Assembly: GCA_020184695.1 (NCBI GenBank)
Contig: JAANOX010000280.1
Location: 186,001 to 250,000 of the forward strand
Direction: 5' to 3'
From: Histomonas meleagridis 2922-C6/04-290x
Lineage: Eukaryota; Protista; Parabasalia
Length of the DNA: 64,000 nucleotides
Shown here: positions 63,521-64,000 of the stretch, in pieces
How positions within the stretch are numbered: the stretch's first letter is position 1
Layout: the number at the start of each line of letters is the position of its first letter
Translations under genes and position numbers: made by a program
Notes under the pieces: model-generated
Told to the model about the DNA's origin: nothing
Databases searched by the model: none
The model's input: the letters and a program-made list of their open reading frames with translations, nothing else

Positions 63521-63648
63521 TTGGATGCGGTTTGTAATTCCAAAACTGCCATCGAACGTTTATACGATAGAATTAAAAAGTGACATTTCTTGACACATTT
63601 ATTTAAAATTTGAAATAACATAAAAAAAGATTAAATGAGCAATTACGT

Positions 63649-64000
63649 TTAGACTTCTGTGAGAAAATCTTTGATGTCTGTTGTTGAAAGAATTCTGAAG
63701 TTACGGTCCTTATCAACAATTCCAATTTCAATCAAATCTGCAGTAAGTTGTCCATCAAATCCTTCTTTAAGTGTGGAAATAGCTGTATGAATTGCATCAT
63801 CAACTGATAAGTCATCATTATATCTTCTTTCTAAAAATGTTCTTGATCCATCACTTCTCTTGCCGAGAGCAGTGGCTTTCCATGCCCAAAATGCACCGGA
63901 TGGGTCAACTTGCCAAAGAGTTGGTGTATCTTCCCAACCAATAATGAGGAGTGAAACACCAAATGGGCGAACACCACCACTTTGTGTGTATTTCTGATTG
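63649..64000 (-). CDS. PSMA2: 20S proteasome subunit alpha-2, 3' part (runs off the window)
   Basis: [60 protein letters not shown]; stop TAA at 63649-51. Confidence 0.92.
   Translation of the reverse strand, partial: NQKYTQSGGVRPFGVSLLIIGWEDTPTLWQVDPSGAFWAWKATALGKRSDGSRTFLERRYNDDLSVDDAIHTAISTLKEGFDGQLTADLIEIGIVDKDRNFRILSTTDIKDFLTEV

Noticed and set aside
1-64000. CRISPR arrays, tRNA/rRNA genes, canonical parabasalid introns
   Set aside because: No regular repeat-spacer array of CRISPR type, no cloverleaf or rRNA signatures, and no GT...ACTAACACACAG introns seen by eye.

Overview
AT-rich eukaryotic DNA with dense, almost intron-free genes. The gene families (IBD/IBP39-like, BspA-like LRR, DUF3447-ankyrin, expanded divergent small GTPases, TCAYT initiator elements) point to a parabasalid (Trichomonas/Tritrichomonas/Histomonas-like); this is inferred, not proven. 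The window holds about 27 intact protein genes: Atg6/Beclin-like, RasGAP-VPS9, neurofibromin-like, Arc1/AIMP1, CHD-FYR remodeler, PDK1, DDX3/Ded1, a 4-domain saposin precursor, Atg18, bromodomain-ET, DUF1015, GH1, GHL10-like hydrolase, eIF4E-like, Rho-like, Svp26/TEX261, a partial PSMA2 and several hypotheticals. It also holds one Tc1/mariner element with TA-flanked hairpin TIRs and a DD37E triad, several pseudogenes, and candidate structured ncRNAs. The most unusual structure is in two separate ankyrin loci (17.1-18.6 kb minus strand; 33.05-34.03 kb plus strand). There each repeat is a 90-99 nt (mostly 93 nt) coding module, cut at the same beta-hairpin position by a 37-95 nt AT-rich spacer (77 nt four times). 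The spacers lack parabasalid GT..ACTAACACACAG splice signals and remove the conserved hairpin Gly. All domain calls are by motif recognition; no searches were run.
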